Position numbers and translations under genes: made by a program
The notes under the pieces: model-generated
Seen by the model: the letters and a program-made list of their open reading frames with translations, nothing else
The model's database searches: none
What the model was told of the DNA's origin: nothing
Shown here: positions 1 through 7,438 of the stretch, one piece after another
Layout of the letters: the number at the start of each line of letters is the position of its first letter
How positions within the stretch are numbered: the stretch's first letter is position 1
Sequence record: OR539216.1
Strand: one strand, 5' to 3'
Length of the DNA: 41,822 bases
From: Escherichia phage vB-Eco-KMB41

Positions 1-61
1 TATCCGATCGGGCCGGACTCGGATCTGGTTGCCCGGTTGAGCGAATATCTTTACCCGACTG

Positions 62-81
62 AATAGCACGAATTGCTAAAA
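62..81 (+). promoter_or_regulatory. Palindromic box site 1 (AATAGCACGAATTGCTAAAA; core TAGCA-N5-TGCTA)
   Basis: Perfect 5-bp inverted repeat with 5-bp spacer; about 22 bp downstream lies TATTAT, then a GC hairpin, SD and ATG of 153..401. The stop codon of the wrap-around ORF (64..66) overlaps the box. Confidence 0.5.
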
Positions 82-152
82 GCGATTTATCAAATGTTGT
101 TATTATCTTTTCACCGGGCGGCAATGGGTCGCCCACTACCGGAGACGAGACG

Positions 153-401
153 ATGGCAAACTTAACAATCATTGTAAAAGGCGATCAAGAGCGCGGGCGT
201 CAGTGGTCACGCCACTTTAAAAACCTGCTCCCGGCGTTCGTGAAAACTGGCACAGTTAAGCGCCATCTCTCATGGAAAGCGCCGGAGTTAACAGGCGAGG
301 AGCCGGAACTGGAGGAGCGCGTGGACGAGTTCACCACACGCGGCGAGTACGAACTGAATCGCCTGATCCACCGTAACAAGATCCGCGCCGACGAATATTA
401 A
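153..401 (+). CDS. hypothetical protein (82 aa)
   Basis: ORF with GGAGACGAG SD-like stretch upstream; no recognisable motif. Confidence 0.55.
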   Translation: MANLTIIVKGDQERGRQWSRHFKNLLPAFVKTGTVKRHLSWKAPELTGEEPELEERVDEFTTRGEYELNRLIHRNKIRADEY

Positions 402-406
402 CAGCC

Positions 407-422
407 TGGCCCTTCGGGGCCA
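407..422 (+). promoter_or_regulatory. Intercistronic GC hairpin with UUCG tetraloop (GGCCC-TTCG-GGGCC), immediately 5' of SD
   Basis: Stem-loop followed by CCCAGGAGC and ATG at 441; near-identical cassette recurs at about 13193..13225. Confidence 0.45.
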
Positions 423-440
423 TCCACCCAGGAGCTACTT

Positions 441-803
441 ATGGCAATTACAGTTAACACTCGTTTCCCGACATACACGGACGCTCTGATCGACTCGCAT
501 CGCGTCCAGGCGCTTCTCCGTGTGAACACATGCGCGAAGCTGGCCCCGGTATCGTGCAACGTGTACGAGCGCGAGAACAAGGGCGAAAAGCTGGGGTTCG
601 GCTACGTGCTGCGCGTCGGTCCGATCACAATCCACTGTAGAGGGATCACCCGGTACTCCGTGGACTACCACGACGAGGGGAGCGGCTGGACTTGCGACGC
701 GGTGACGGCGGAGGACGCTATACAAGAGGCTTACGAGTACCTGGCGAAGCGCCTCCAGTGTCTCCAGCTTGGGATCGCCATCCTGTCGGACGCTGCCGAA
801 TGA
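441..803 (+). CDS. hypothetical protein (120 aa)
   Basis: ORF with AGGAG SD about 7 nt upstream; ATGA stop/start overlap with the next ORF. Confidence 0.6.
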   Translation: MAITVNTRFPTYTDALIDSHRVQALLRVNTCAKLAPVSCNVYERENKGEKLGFGYVLRVGPITIHCRGITRYSVDYHDEGSGWTCDAVTAEDAIQEAYEYLAKRLQCLQLGIAILSDAAE

Positions 804-1036
804 TCCCGGAGAAGGTCCAGCGAAAAGCCGACGAGATTCTGGCCCGGTATTACGCGAAGGAGATCGCGCCTAAGAGGTTGAAGGGGTTCGGCAAGGTATC
901 AGCGTTCAACGTTGGCTATAGCTGGCGGCTCGTAACGTGGGACGAGGGGGAGACGTGGGATCTTTTGTCCCACGAGGAGTACAACAACAAAACGCGGGGC
1001 CGTCGTCAGCGGCTCCAGGTCAAAGGCAAAAGGTAA
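800..1036 (+). CDS. hypothetical basic protein (78 aa)
   Basis: Internal ATG of ORF 692..1036 chosen because it gives an ATGA overlap with 441..803; the longer upstream extension is Arg/Gly-rich and overlaps the previous gene. Confidence 0.45.
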   Translation: MIPEKVQRKADEILARYYAKEIAPKRLKGFGKVSAFNVGYSWRLVTWDEGETWDLLSHEEYNNKTRGRRQRLQVKGKR

Positions 1037-1045
1037 GAGGTATTT

Positions 1046-1357
1046 ATGGAACGTTTCGCACACATTTTTGAAGCACACGATCGCCAGGTTCTGGTCCGCC
1101 GGGGTGAGGACTCCGAGGACAATCCAGCGATCAACCTGATCACTGAGATCCAGGGCGCGGAGTTGTCGTTTAACATCGTGTTCCACCCGGACGACGAAGC
1201 GATGGACGGACAAGCGGCCTACGACGAAGCGATGGCGAAGCGCGATCAAGCCTTCGAGAAGGTGGACACGCTTAAGGAGGCGGCGGAGGGATTCGCTAAA
1301 CAGTTAGCCGGGGCGGTGTCCCCGATGGACGCCTTACGCCTTCTTTCCGGCAAATAA
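1046..1357 (+). CDS. hypothetical acidic protein (103 aa)
   Basis: ORF followed directly by an intrinsic terminator; no recognisable motif. Confidence 0.6.
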   Translation: MERFAHIFEAHDRQVLVRRGEDSEDNPAINLITEIQGAELSFNIVFHPDDEAMDGQAAYDEAMAKRDQAFEKVDTLKEAAEGFAKQLAGAVSPMDALRLLSGK

Positions 1358-1380
1358 CAATAAGTTAACAATCAATCATA

Positions 1381-1409
1381 AAAGGGCCTTTGCGGCCCTT
1401 TCTTTTTTC
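1381..1409 (+). terminator. Rho-independent terminator (AAGGGCC-loop-GGCCCTT + T-run)
   Basis: GC stem-loop followed by TCTTTTTTC directly after the 1046..1357 stop. Confidence 0.7.
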
Positions 1410-1455
1410 ATTTACCCTTTTAGCGTTCACTCACTTGTTAAAAGGGATCCCTCCA

Positions 1456-1809
1456 ATGTCTGAGCATACGACGCTATGGCAATTATTCCAGCTATACCGC
1501 GTTGAGTTGGGTTATTCATTCATCGCGGCATCGGTGGCGGTGTTCCGTCACTGGCAATTGCGCCACCCGTTCCGCGATATCGTGAGCGGCGGGGCTATCT
1601 GCGCTGCTGTCGCTTTCGGTATGAATAATATTTTATCCTTCTTCGGGGTCGATCATGGAACGTGGGGTTATCTGGCCTCCGTGTTCCTGGGCTACGTTGG
1701 CGTAGAGACTGCGCTCGACTGGGCCAGCGAAAAGATCCCATTCCTGAAAAAAATCCGCGCCACTCCGGCGCACACTGCAAACGAGGATCAGACCGATGGC
1801 AAAATTTGA
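1456..1809 (+). CDS. holin, lambda S-like
   Basis: Hydrophobic protein with predicted TM segments; C-terminal part (YLASVFLGYVGVE...KK) resembles lambda S; sits immediately upstream of and overlaps the endolysin. ATG at 1456 preferred over the TTG at 1390 that lies inside the terminator. Confidence 0.8.
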   Translation: MSEHTTLWQLFQLYRVELGYSFIAASVAVFRHWQLRHPFRDIVSGGAICAAVAFGMNNILSFFGVDHGTWGYLASVFLGYVGVETALDWASEKIPFLKKIRATPAHTANEDQTDGKI

Positions 1810-2275
1810 AGTAACGCCACAGCGTAAGGCATTCCTGGACGCGATCGCCGTGGGCGAGGGGACCGATAACGGACGCCAGCAGACCAAAAATCACGGCTAC
1901 GACGTGATCGTGGGCGGCTCCCTGTTCTCCGACTATTCGAAGCATCCGAACCGCCTCGTAAAGCTGCCGAAGCTGGGGATCAATTCAACCGCCGCCGGGC
2001 GTTACCAGCTTTTGAGCCGCTACTATGACGTGTACAAAAAACAGCTTGGACTCCCGGACTTCTCTCCAGCCAGCCAGGACCAGATCGCGCTCCAGCAGAT
2101 CAGCGAGCGTAAAGCGCTGGAGGATATCGACGCGGGCCGGATCAAAGACGCCGTGAAGAAATGCCGGACCATCTGGGCCTCCCTGCCCGGCTCCCCATAC
2201 GGTCAGCGAACGGAGACTTTCGACGACTTCCTGGGCTACTTCCGCGCCGCTGGCGGTAAGGTTGCCGACGAATGA
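1796..2275 (+). CDS. R: endolysin, lambda R-type lytic transglycosylase
   Basis: Translation aligns along its length with lambda R as recalled (QRKAFLD..EGTDNGRQ.T.NHGYDVIVGG.LF.DYS.HP...GRYQLLSR..D.Y.KQLGL.DFSP.SQD..ALQQI.ER.AL..ID.G.I..A...C...WASLPG). Confidence 0.95.
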   Translation: MAKFEVTPQRKAFLDAIAVGEGTDNGRQQTKNHGYDVIVGGSLFSDYSKHPNRLVKLPKLGINSTAAGRYQLLSRYYDVYKKQLGLPDFSPASQDQIALQQISERKALEDIDAGRIKDAVKKCRTIWASLPGSPYGQRTETFDDFLGYFRAAGGKVADE

Positions 2276-2793
2276 TCGCCGCCCTCCGGTTGTTCCTCTC
2301 GACTCACTGGCGCGTCGTGCTGCTGGCTCTTGTCGTGCTGCTGGCGCTGGGGGGATCTTTCTGGGCTGGCTCGGCGTGGACCGATCGGGGCTGGACCGCT
2401 CGCGACAATGCTCGGATCGCGAAGGAATCCACCCAGGAGGCGAACGCACAAGCCGCCGCCCGTATCATTGAACAAGGCCGGGCCATCGCCCGCGAGGAGT
2501 CCGTAAAATATGCGAACGCACAAGCCGCAAAAGCTCGCGCTGATTCTGCCGCTGCTGGCGCTGCTCTTAATCGGTTGCTCGAACGAGCCAGCAAGGAAGC
2601 CGCCAGACGCGAAGCCGCTGATCAGACCGCTTCCCTCGGAAGGGCGTCAGGGGAAAAGACCGCCCGAATGTATTCCGAGTTGCTCGAAGGGACTGGAAAG
2701 ATCGCTCGACGGTATGCTGATATAGCGGAGAAGGCGATCACCGCCGGGGAGGTGTGCGAATTGAACTACGACGCGGTAGAGCGTCAGCAATAA
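2272..2793 (+). CDS. Rz: i-spanin (Rz-like)
   Basis: N-terminal TM segment then long Ala/Arg/Glu-rich helical periplasmic domain; follows endolysin with overlapping start; contains an embedded +1-frame lipoprotein ORF. Confidence 0.8.
   Translation: MIAALRLFLSTHWRVVLLALVVLLALGGSFWAGSAWTDRGWTARDNARIAKESTQEANAQAAARIIEQGRAIAREESVKYANAQAAKARADSAAAGAALNRLLERASKEAARREAADQTASLGRASGEKTARMYSELLEGTGKIARRYADIAEKAITAGEVCELNYDAVERQQ
2510..2725 (+). CDS. Rz1: o-spanin (Rz1-like outer-membrane lipoprotein), embedded in Rz
   Basis: Signal peptide with lipobox LLIGC and Pro-rich mature part, wholly inside the Rz gene in another frame. Confidence 0.8.
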   Translation: MRTHKPQKLALILPLLALLLIGCSNEPARKPPDAKPLIRPLPSEGRQGKRPPECIPSCSKGLERSLDGMLI

Positions 2794-2795
2794 GT

Positions 2796-2820
2796 AAGGG
2801 GCCAGAAGGCCCCTTTTTTA
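2796..2820 (+). terminator. Rho-independent terminator (AAGGGGCC-AGAA-GGCCCCTT + T-run)
   Basis: Perfect 8-bp GC stem and T5 tract right after the Rz stop; also closes the convergent minus-strand gene. Confidence 0.8.
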
Positions 2821-3624
2821 TGCTGCCGGGTTGACCGTGACCGTACAGACGGCGGAGGTAACGGTGTTCGGCGCGACGGTGTTCGAACTGGTGGCAATAC
2901 AGCGGTATTGACCAGCGTCCCCGGTCGCCGGGCTGGCAACGTTCAGCGTTGCGGCGGTAGCCCCGGAGATGTTCGTCCAGGAGGTCCCGCCGTTCGTGGA
3001 CTTCTGCCACTGGTAGGAGTACGGCGCGAGGCCCGTCGTGGAGTTTACCGCGATCGACAAGCTGGCTGCGGTCCCCACGGTCCAGGTGGCGGTCGCCGGG
3101 AGGTTGGTCGAGAGAGCGATCGCTGGCTTGGTACGCTCGCGCAAGCTCTCGGCGGTCTGGCCCGCGCTGTCGGTTACGCGGCAAAAATAATCGCCGTTGT
3201 TCCCTGCTGCGTACCCGGTGATCGTATACGTCGGGGAGTTCGTCCCCACTGGGTTGTCGGTGCTGGATGCCCGGCGAAACCATGCGTAAGTATACGGCGG
3301 GACGCCACCACTCACGGCGACCGTGAACGTCTTGTTACTTCCCAGTGGGATATAACTCGCCCCGGCGTCGTTGGCGTTGTTACCCGGTAAATTTTGGGTA
3401 AACACGATCGGCGGGACCAGCGCCGGATCCAGTTCGATGTAAAACATTTTCGTGGGGTCCAGGTTGGACGGTTCACTGTCCAGCCAGATCACATCCTTTT
3501 GATGGACCTTGCTCGGATCAAGGATTCGCGTCACTTTCCAGCCCATCAGGTCGGCGCGGCGGTAACGATGCCAATAAGCCATAATTTTGTCCTCGTGAAA
3601 TTGTGCGGTATACTGCCCCGGCAT
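2818..3624 (-). CDS. Ig-like domain protein (two tandem Ig-like repeats)
   Basis: Two ~80-aa repeats sharing PPYTYAW/APYSYQW and GDYFC/GQYRC motifs typical of Ig-like folds; N-terminal ~90 aa unrelated. Alternative start at Met15 (about 3582) has a better SD (GAGGA). Confidence 0.75.
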   Translation of the reverse strand: MPGQYTAQFHEDKIMAYWHRYRRADLMGWKVTRILDPSKVHQKDVIWLDSEPSNLDPTKMFYIELDPALVPPIVFTQNLPGNNANDAGASYIPLGSNKTFTVAVSGGVPPYTYAWFRRASSTDNPVGTNSPTYTITGYAAGNNGDYFCRVTDSAGQTAESLRERTKPAIALSTNLPATATWTVGTAASLSIAVNSTTGLAPYSYQWQKSTNGGTSWTNISGATAATLNVASPATGDAGQYRCIATSSNTVAPNTVTSAVCTVTVNPAA

Positions 3625-3651
3625 TGTAGATCATCTCTGGCGTTAAAACGA

Positions 3652-3683
3652 AAGGAGCCGCTTTTTAAGCGGCCCTTTTTTTT
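3652..3683. terminator. Terminator hairpin (GCCGCTT-loop-AAGCGGC) flanked by A- and T-runs
   Basis: Stem-loop with T9 on plus side and T-rich tract on minus side; lies between two minus-strand genes. Confidence 0.6.
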
Positions 3684-3783
3684 AGAGTACCATCGACACG
3701 CCGAAACCGATTAAAGCCCACAGCGCGGCGCTGGCTGCGATTACGCCCCATATAACGTATTTACTTCCGCGTAAGTCAGTCAT
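3682..3783 (-). CDS. small hydrophobic peptide (33 aa, single predicted TM helix)
   Basis: Unlisted small ORF MTDLRGSKYVIWGVIAASAALWALIGFGVSMVL; its ATG overlaps the TGA of 3780..4172 (ATGA coupling) and it ends at the terminator. Confidence 0.35.
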   Translation of the reverse strand: MTDLRGSKYVIWGVIAASAALWALIGFGVSMVL

Positions 3784-4172
3784 GATATTTTCCCCTCTCT
3801 TTTGAATTTACCCAGGCGCCCGCGAATGGATGCCTTGCTCTTGTTCAACCACTGCCCGACCTGCTCGTGGGTCAGGTCTGCCCGCGTTACCTCATGAAGC
3901 CCGGTAGCCTGAGCGATATCAAGAACGTCGTCCGGCGTCAGTTCATCCACCCAGAAGCGGATCAGCTTCTTGTCCTCGTCAGTGGTCCACCAGCTATAGG
4001 TCCGGCGGTGAGCCAGTGAAACGCCCAGCTTGGACGCTCGGACTTGCATCTGGCGGAAGTTACGCCCGATCAGCTTCGCCAGGTCATGCGCTGGCATCGT
4101 CCCCGCCAGCTTCTCCAGTTCTAAATCTTCCTGCCCGGTCCATCCGATCCGGGTTGCGTTCTTTTTAGCCAC
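3780..4172 (-). CDS. hypothetical protein (130 aa)
   Basis: ORF with GTG start preceded by AAGGAGG SD; no recognisable motif. Confidence 0.65.
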   Translation of the reverse strand: MAKKNATRIGWTGQEDLELEKLAGTMPAHDLAKLIGRNFRQMQVRASKLGVSLAHRRTYSWWTTDEDKKLIRFWVDELTPDDVLDIAQATGLHEVTRADLTHEQVGQWLNKSKASIRGRLGKFKREGKIS

Positions 4173-4443
4173 GTTTGCCTCCTTTGAGGTGCTTCCGGTT
4201 TTTGGTGTCGGCGATCGCGTTCTTGAGATCGTTCTTTCCGCCTTTGGTCCCCGGAACGACGCGCCAGTGATGCGGGTCCGGGTTGTTCAGGTACATCTCG
4301 CCGTCCGGCGTCTCGATCGATATGTCCGCGATCGCCTCCTTGCCGAACACGCGGGAGACTGCGCTGATCATGCCGTCCAGTTCGGCGGCTTGCGCCGCCT
4401 CCCATAACTCCCGGCGCGTTGCCTTAATCGGCCCCGTAGCCAT
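4165..4443 (-). CDS. hypothetical protein (92 aa)
   Basis: ORF in co-directional array with short overlaps; basic C-terminus. Confidence 0.6.
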   Translation of the reverse strand: MATGPIKATRRELWEAAQAAELDGMISAVSRVFGKEAIADISIETPDGEMYLNNPDPHHWRVVPGTKGGKNDLKNAIADTKNRKHLKGGKRG

Positions 4444-4651
4444 AAGCCCCCCGGATAAGCTCGCGGGCGTCGCTCTCTGCCTGAGCCGCTTCGCGCTTTA
4501 AAGCTGCTGTAGCGTGAGGCCCTGCCGCGTACATCTTGAGACGGTTGCGGAGGATCATCGCCACCTCGATCAGAATGTGCGCCTGTTTGAGTAACATCCA
4601 GTTAATCACGACCGCTTTATTTGTTTTGGTCTGAATCAGTGCCTTTTCCAT
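4424..4651 (-). CDS. hypothetical protein (75 aa)
   Basis: ORF with AAGGAG SD 6 nt upstream of ATG. Confidence 0.55.
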   Translation of the reverse strand: MEKALIQTKTNKAVVINWMLLKQAHILIEVAMILRNRLKMYAAGPHATAALKREAAQAESDARELIRGAYGYGAD

Positions 4652-4652
4652 C

Positions 4653-4976
4653 TTAAGCTCCTTTGCTTTCCAGTACGTCGATCACTTTGGTGTAGAAAAC
4701 TTCTTTCGCGCTGAGGGCGGTCAGGCACTCCTCGCGGGTCCGCTTCTTCTCAATACACCAGTAGCAACGGCACAAAGCGGCGCGGAAATAATCCAGTTGC
4801 GGGTCGCTCTTATAATGCGCCTCCAGCTTCTGATTAAGCTCGGCCTCCATCATGGCCTTAAGACCTTTCAGTGACGCCTTACTGGTGCGGATCAGGGTGG
4901 CGTATTTGTGGGCGAAGGCGCGGACCTCTTTCGCTTCCGCCGGGGTGTATTTGATTGTGTTCGGTACTGTAGCCAT
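4653..4976 (-). CDS. hypothetical protein (107 aa)
   Basis: Start set at MATVPN (GAGGA SD upstream); the longer ORF form to 5039 would run through the promoter-like element. Confidence 0.65.
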   Translation of the reverse strand: MATVPNTIKYTPAEAKEVRAFAHKYATLIRTSKASLKGLKAMMEAELNQKLEAHYKSDPQLDYFRAALCRCYWCIEKKRTREECLTALSAKEVFYTKVIDVLESKGA

Positions 4977-5031
4977 TTCGTTGTCCTCGTGTTGGTGTGA
5001 AAAGATAATAACAAAGGATAAGTGAAAGCGC

Positions 5032-5050
5032 TTTAGCAAAAAGTGCTATT
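5032..5050 (-). promoter_or_regulatory. Palindromic box site 2 (TAGCA-AAAAG-TGCTA)
   Basis: Same oriented box, followed about 22 bp downstream (minus sense) by TATTAT, then SD and ATG of 4653..4976. Confidence 0.45.
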
Positions 5051-5054
5051 TGAT

Positions 5055-5076
5055 AAAAAGGCCCCGGAGGGCCTTG
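5055..5076 (-). terminator. Rho-independent terminator (minus sense: GGCCC-TCCG-GGGCC + TTTTT)
   Basis: GC hairpin followed by T5 on the minus strand, right after the stop of 5079..5819. Confidence 0.6.
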
Positions 5077-5078
5077 TG

Positions 5079-5819
5079 TCAGAATGGGGAGTTTTCGATG
5101 AATACCGCGACGGCGAAGCCTTCGGGAGTGGCGGAGCGGATGTTCTTCGTTCGTGTGCTGGATCCTCCCAGCTTCGACCAGCCCGGATTATCCTTCACCG
5201 CCGGGACGCTCTGCGCTGCTGGCATACGGAAGCCGCCACCGCACCAGATCCCCGTCTGCTTCGGGTAAGCATCGCGCGGAGGGTAGATCTCCGGGTATAG
5301 CGTATGCTGGTGGTTCTCCGGCAAGTAGCCGCCGAAGTGGTAAGGGTGGAACCAGTGATCGCAAGGTCGCCACATCGTCGAGAGCCGGGAGATCTTCGGA
5401 TTCTCCAGCATCCAGGGGACCGGGTTCCGGTCCTCATAGTCGCCCTTTTCGTACCCGGCGAACATTGCCACCTGCTCCACCATGCGGGCCAGGTTAACGG
5501 CCTTCTGTTGGAAGCGCGGATCCTTCTTGCGCTTCGCTTCCCACCATCGCGCCCCGGTACAAGTAAGATCCGTACACTCGGCGAAGGATGCAACGAAGAT
5601 CACGCCGGGGCCTACCTCGTCGGCAATGCGAAGCGCTTCCGCTTCCGTGTTCTCTGCGTCGAACATCCGGCCCACACGGATCAGGTTCGGCTCGTTCGGG
5701 TCTGGGTGGATCCCTGGCTCGTGCTGCCCGTCATACATCCAGCATTCGACGCCAGCCTCCAGCCACTTGTCCACCATGATCCGGGTCAGGTTAAAAAGGA
5801 AAATTGCCTTATGCTTCAC
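5079..5819 (-). CDS. hypothetical protein (246 aa), possible nucleic-acid-modifying enzyme
   Basis: Long well-behaved ORF upstream of the terminator; contains ECTDLTC and ENPK stretches but no canonical C5-methyltransferase motif I, so function is left open. Confidence 0.7.
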   Translation of the reverse strand: MKHKAIFLFNLTRIMVDKWLEAGVECWMYDGQHEPGIHPDPNEPNLIRVGRMFDAENTEAEALRIADEVGPGVIFVASFAECTDLTCTGARWWEAKRKKDPRFQQKAVNLARMVEQVAMFAGYEKGDYEDRNPVPWMLENPKISRLSTMWRPCDHWFHPYHFGGYLPENHQHTLYPEIYPPRDAYPKQTGIWCGGGFRMPAAQSVPAVKDNPGWSKLGGSSTRTKNIRSATPEGFAVAVFIENSPF

Positions 5820-6045
5820 GGTTCAGATCCTTCTCGTATTCGTCGGCGTCACGCTTGATCAGCGCGTCCCACTGGTCCATATGGACCGGGTTAAAATCCT
5901 GCTCAAAAGAGAGATCGAGATCCCCGGCGAACAGGAGGCCCTCGGCCTCCGTGTCCACGAGGCCCCGGCGTAGTAGCTCGGCGGCGACCTTCTCCTGGAA
6001 GATGGCCCAGCGGCTATTAGTGTGACCGTCGTTATACTTCATCAC
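5809..6045 (-). CDS. hypothetical acidic protein (78 aa)
   Basis: ORF overlapping both neighbours by a few nt. Confidence 0.55.
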   Translation of the reverse strand: MMKYNDGHTNSRWAIFQEKVAAELLRRGLVDTEAEGLLFAGDLDLSFEQDFNPVHMDQWDALIKRDADEYEKDLNREA

Positions 6046-6626
6046 TAAATCCTCGCTGGCATGATGATCAGCGTTGCGTTGCCGTCCGGCGTTTCGAAGT
6101 CCACGCGGATCGGGTTGGTGTTGCCGTTAAAGCTGAGTTTCGCGAACGGCTTCTTAATGCCGAACTTTTTCCCCAGCTTCTCGATCATTCCGAGGTAAGG
6201 GGTCGCGACGCCGATCACTTCGACGGCCTTCGAGTTCTGGCGGGCCTCGTTCAGCAGACGATCAACGTCGGGATAGTTGGCGTCCACAATGTCCACGGTC
6301 CCCACGGCTACGCGGGCTTTCTTGTGGTCAACGTCGGCGAGGTCCTTCGGCTTGTCTGCCGGAATGTCCAGCCAGTACACGATCCCCGCCTCGGTGTCGA
6401 TCACGGCGGAATAGATCCGCCCAGTCGGTGGCGCGGAGATGTTCAGGATAATCCCCTCCGCTGGAGCCTCGACCAGCTTATGGTCGCTTTCGAGGCAAAC
6501 ATGACCGTTAGACGTGCGGATCCGGCTACCGATGAAGTGGATCGCGTTCAGGTAGTAGCGGACCTCGTTCTGGGCCTTCGTCAGTTGGTGAGCGCGTAAG
6601 GCGCTTACAGGTGCATAAATAATCAT
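6045..6626 (-). CDS. hypothetical protein (193 aa)
   Basis: ORF in replication-associated array; no recognisable motif. Confidence 0.65.
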   Translation of the reverse strand: MIIYAPVSALRAHQLTKAQNEVRYYLNAIHFIGSRIRTSNGHVCLESDHKLVEAPAEGIILNISAPPTGRIYSAVIDTEAGIVYWLDIPADKPKDLADVDHKKARVAVGTVDIVDANYPDVDRLLNEARQNSKAVEVIGVATPYLGMIEKLGKKFGIKKPFAKLSFNGNTNPIRVDFETPDGNATLIIMPARI

Positions 6627-6640
6627 CTCTGGGTCCTCTG

Positions 6641-7282
6641 TTAAATCATGCTTTTGCCGTCGAACATCATTTCCGCCTGGGTCAGATATTCAGTCTTGAT
6701 CGCGCCGCGCTTCTTCGGCTTGATAACGAACATCACAGACGGCTTGCTGTTCTTCTTGCCCGCGACTCCGGTCCCGGCCTTCACGAACGCCACGCGCCCG
6801 GAGTTCTCGCCGTCGCTGGTGATGTGAATAACCAGGCTTGCCGCGTCCAGTGCCTTTTTGAACCACGCCGTAGAGGCGTCGGAGTTCAGGAGAAACACGG
6901 TCGTAACGTCGCGATCCTTCGCTTGCTGGATGGCCTTCACGATCCACGGAAGCGGCTCGGCGTATGGCGGATTACACCAGGCCAGACCGCCCTCGGCTCC
7001 CCACTCCACGCCATCCTTGAGGGCGTCCGTTTTCTCGTCCAGGTAGACGTCACAGAGGGCGTTTTCCTTCTCCGCCGCCACGTCGATCCCGAACTGCCCG
7101 AAGCGCTTCGCGGCCCAGTCGAACAGCCAGCGCGGCGTCTGCCACTTCTGGCGGATAGCGTCCGGCGTGGTGGTCTTGTTGAAGCGGCGACCGCTAACAG
7201 TGGTCACGTCTGCCGCTGCGCGTTCCGCCTCGGTCATGCCGTCCACATGGTCGATCGTGCTGGTGTCTTTCTCGTCTTTCAT
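6641..7282 (-). CDS. DNA N6-adenine methyltransferase (phage Dam type)
   Basis: Contains the catalytic (N/D)PPY motif in context WCNPPYAEP, characteristic of amino-methyltransferases. Confidence 0.8.
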   Translation of the reverse strand: MKDEKDTSTIDHVDGMTEAERAAADVTTVSGRRFNKTTTPDAIRQKWQTPRWLFDWAAKRFGQFGIDVAAEKENALCDVYLDEKTDALKDGVEWGAEGGLAWCNPPYAEPLPWIVKAIQQAKDRDVTTVFLLNSDASTAWFKKALDAASLVIHITSDGENSGRVAFVKAGTGVAGKKNSKPSVMFVIKPKKRGAIKTEYLTQAEMMFDGKSMI

Positions 7283-7338
7283 CTGCTGCCCTTCTGTTGT
7301 TGGTGGTTATTAAAGATAATTGATTAACTGTTTAGTGT

Positions 7339-7357
7339 TTTAACAAAAAGTGCTATT
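7339..7357 (-). promoter_or_regulatory. Palindromic box site 3 (TAACA-AAAAG-TGCTA, one mismatch)
   Basis: Degenerate copy of the oriented box upstream of the methylase gene. Confidence 0.35.
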
Positions 7358-7412
7358 TATGGTTTCTCACGTTTCCCTGTAGCAACATTAGCGCCGCTGG
7401 TATCGACGCTTT

Positions 7413-7438
7413 AGCCCCCGCGCCGGGGCTTTTTTTTT
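7413..7438 (+). terminator. Plus-sense intrinsic terminator-like hairpin (AGCCCC-loop-GGGGCT + T8) inside a minus-strand operon
   Basis: 6-bp GC stem followed by T8 on the plus strand only; abuts the primase stop codon. Confidence 0.45.

Noticed and set aside
1390-1455. TTG start extending the holin to 139 aa
   Set aside because: The extension lies inside the upstream terminator stem-loop; the ATG at 1456 gives a holin-sized product.
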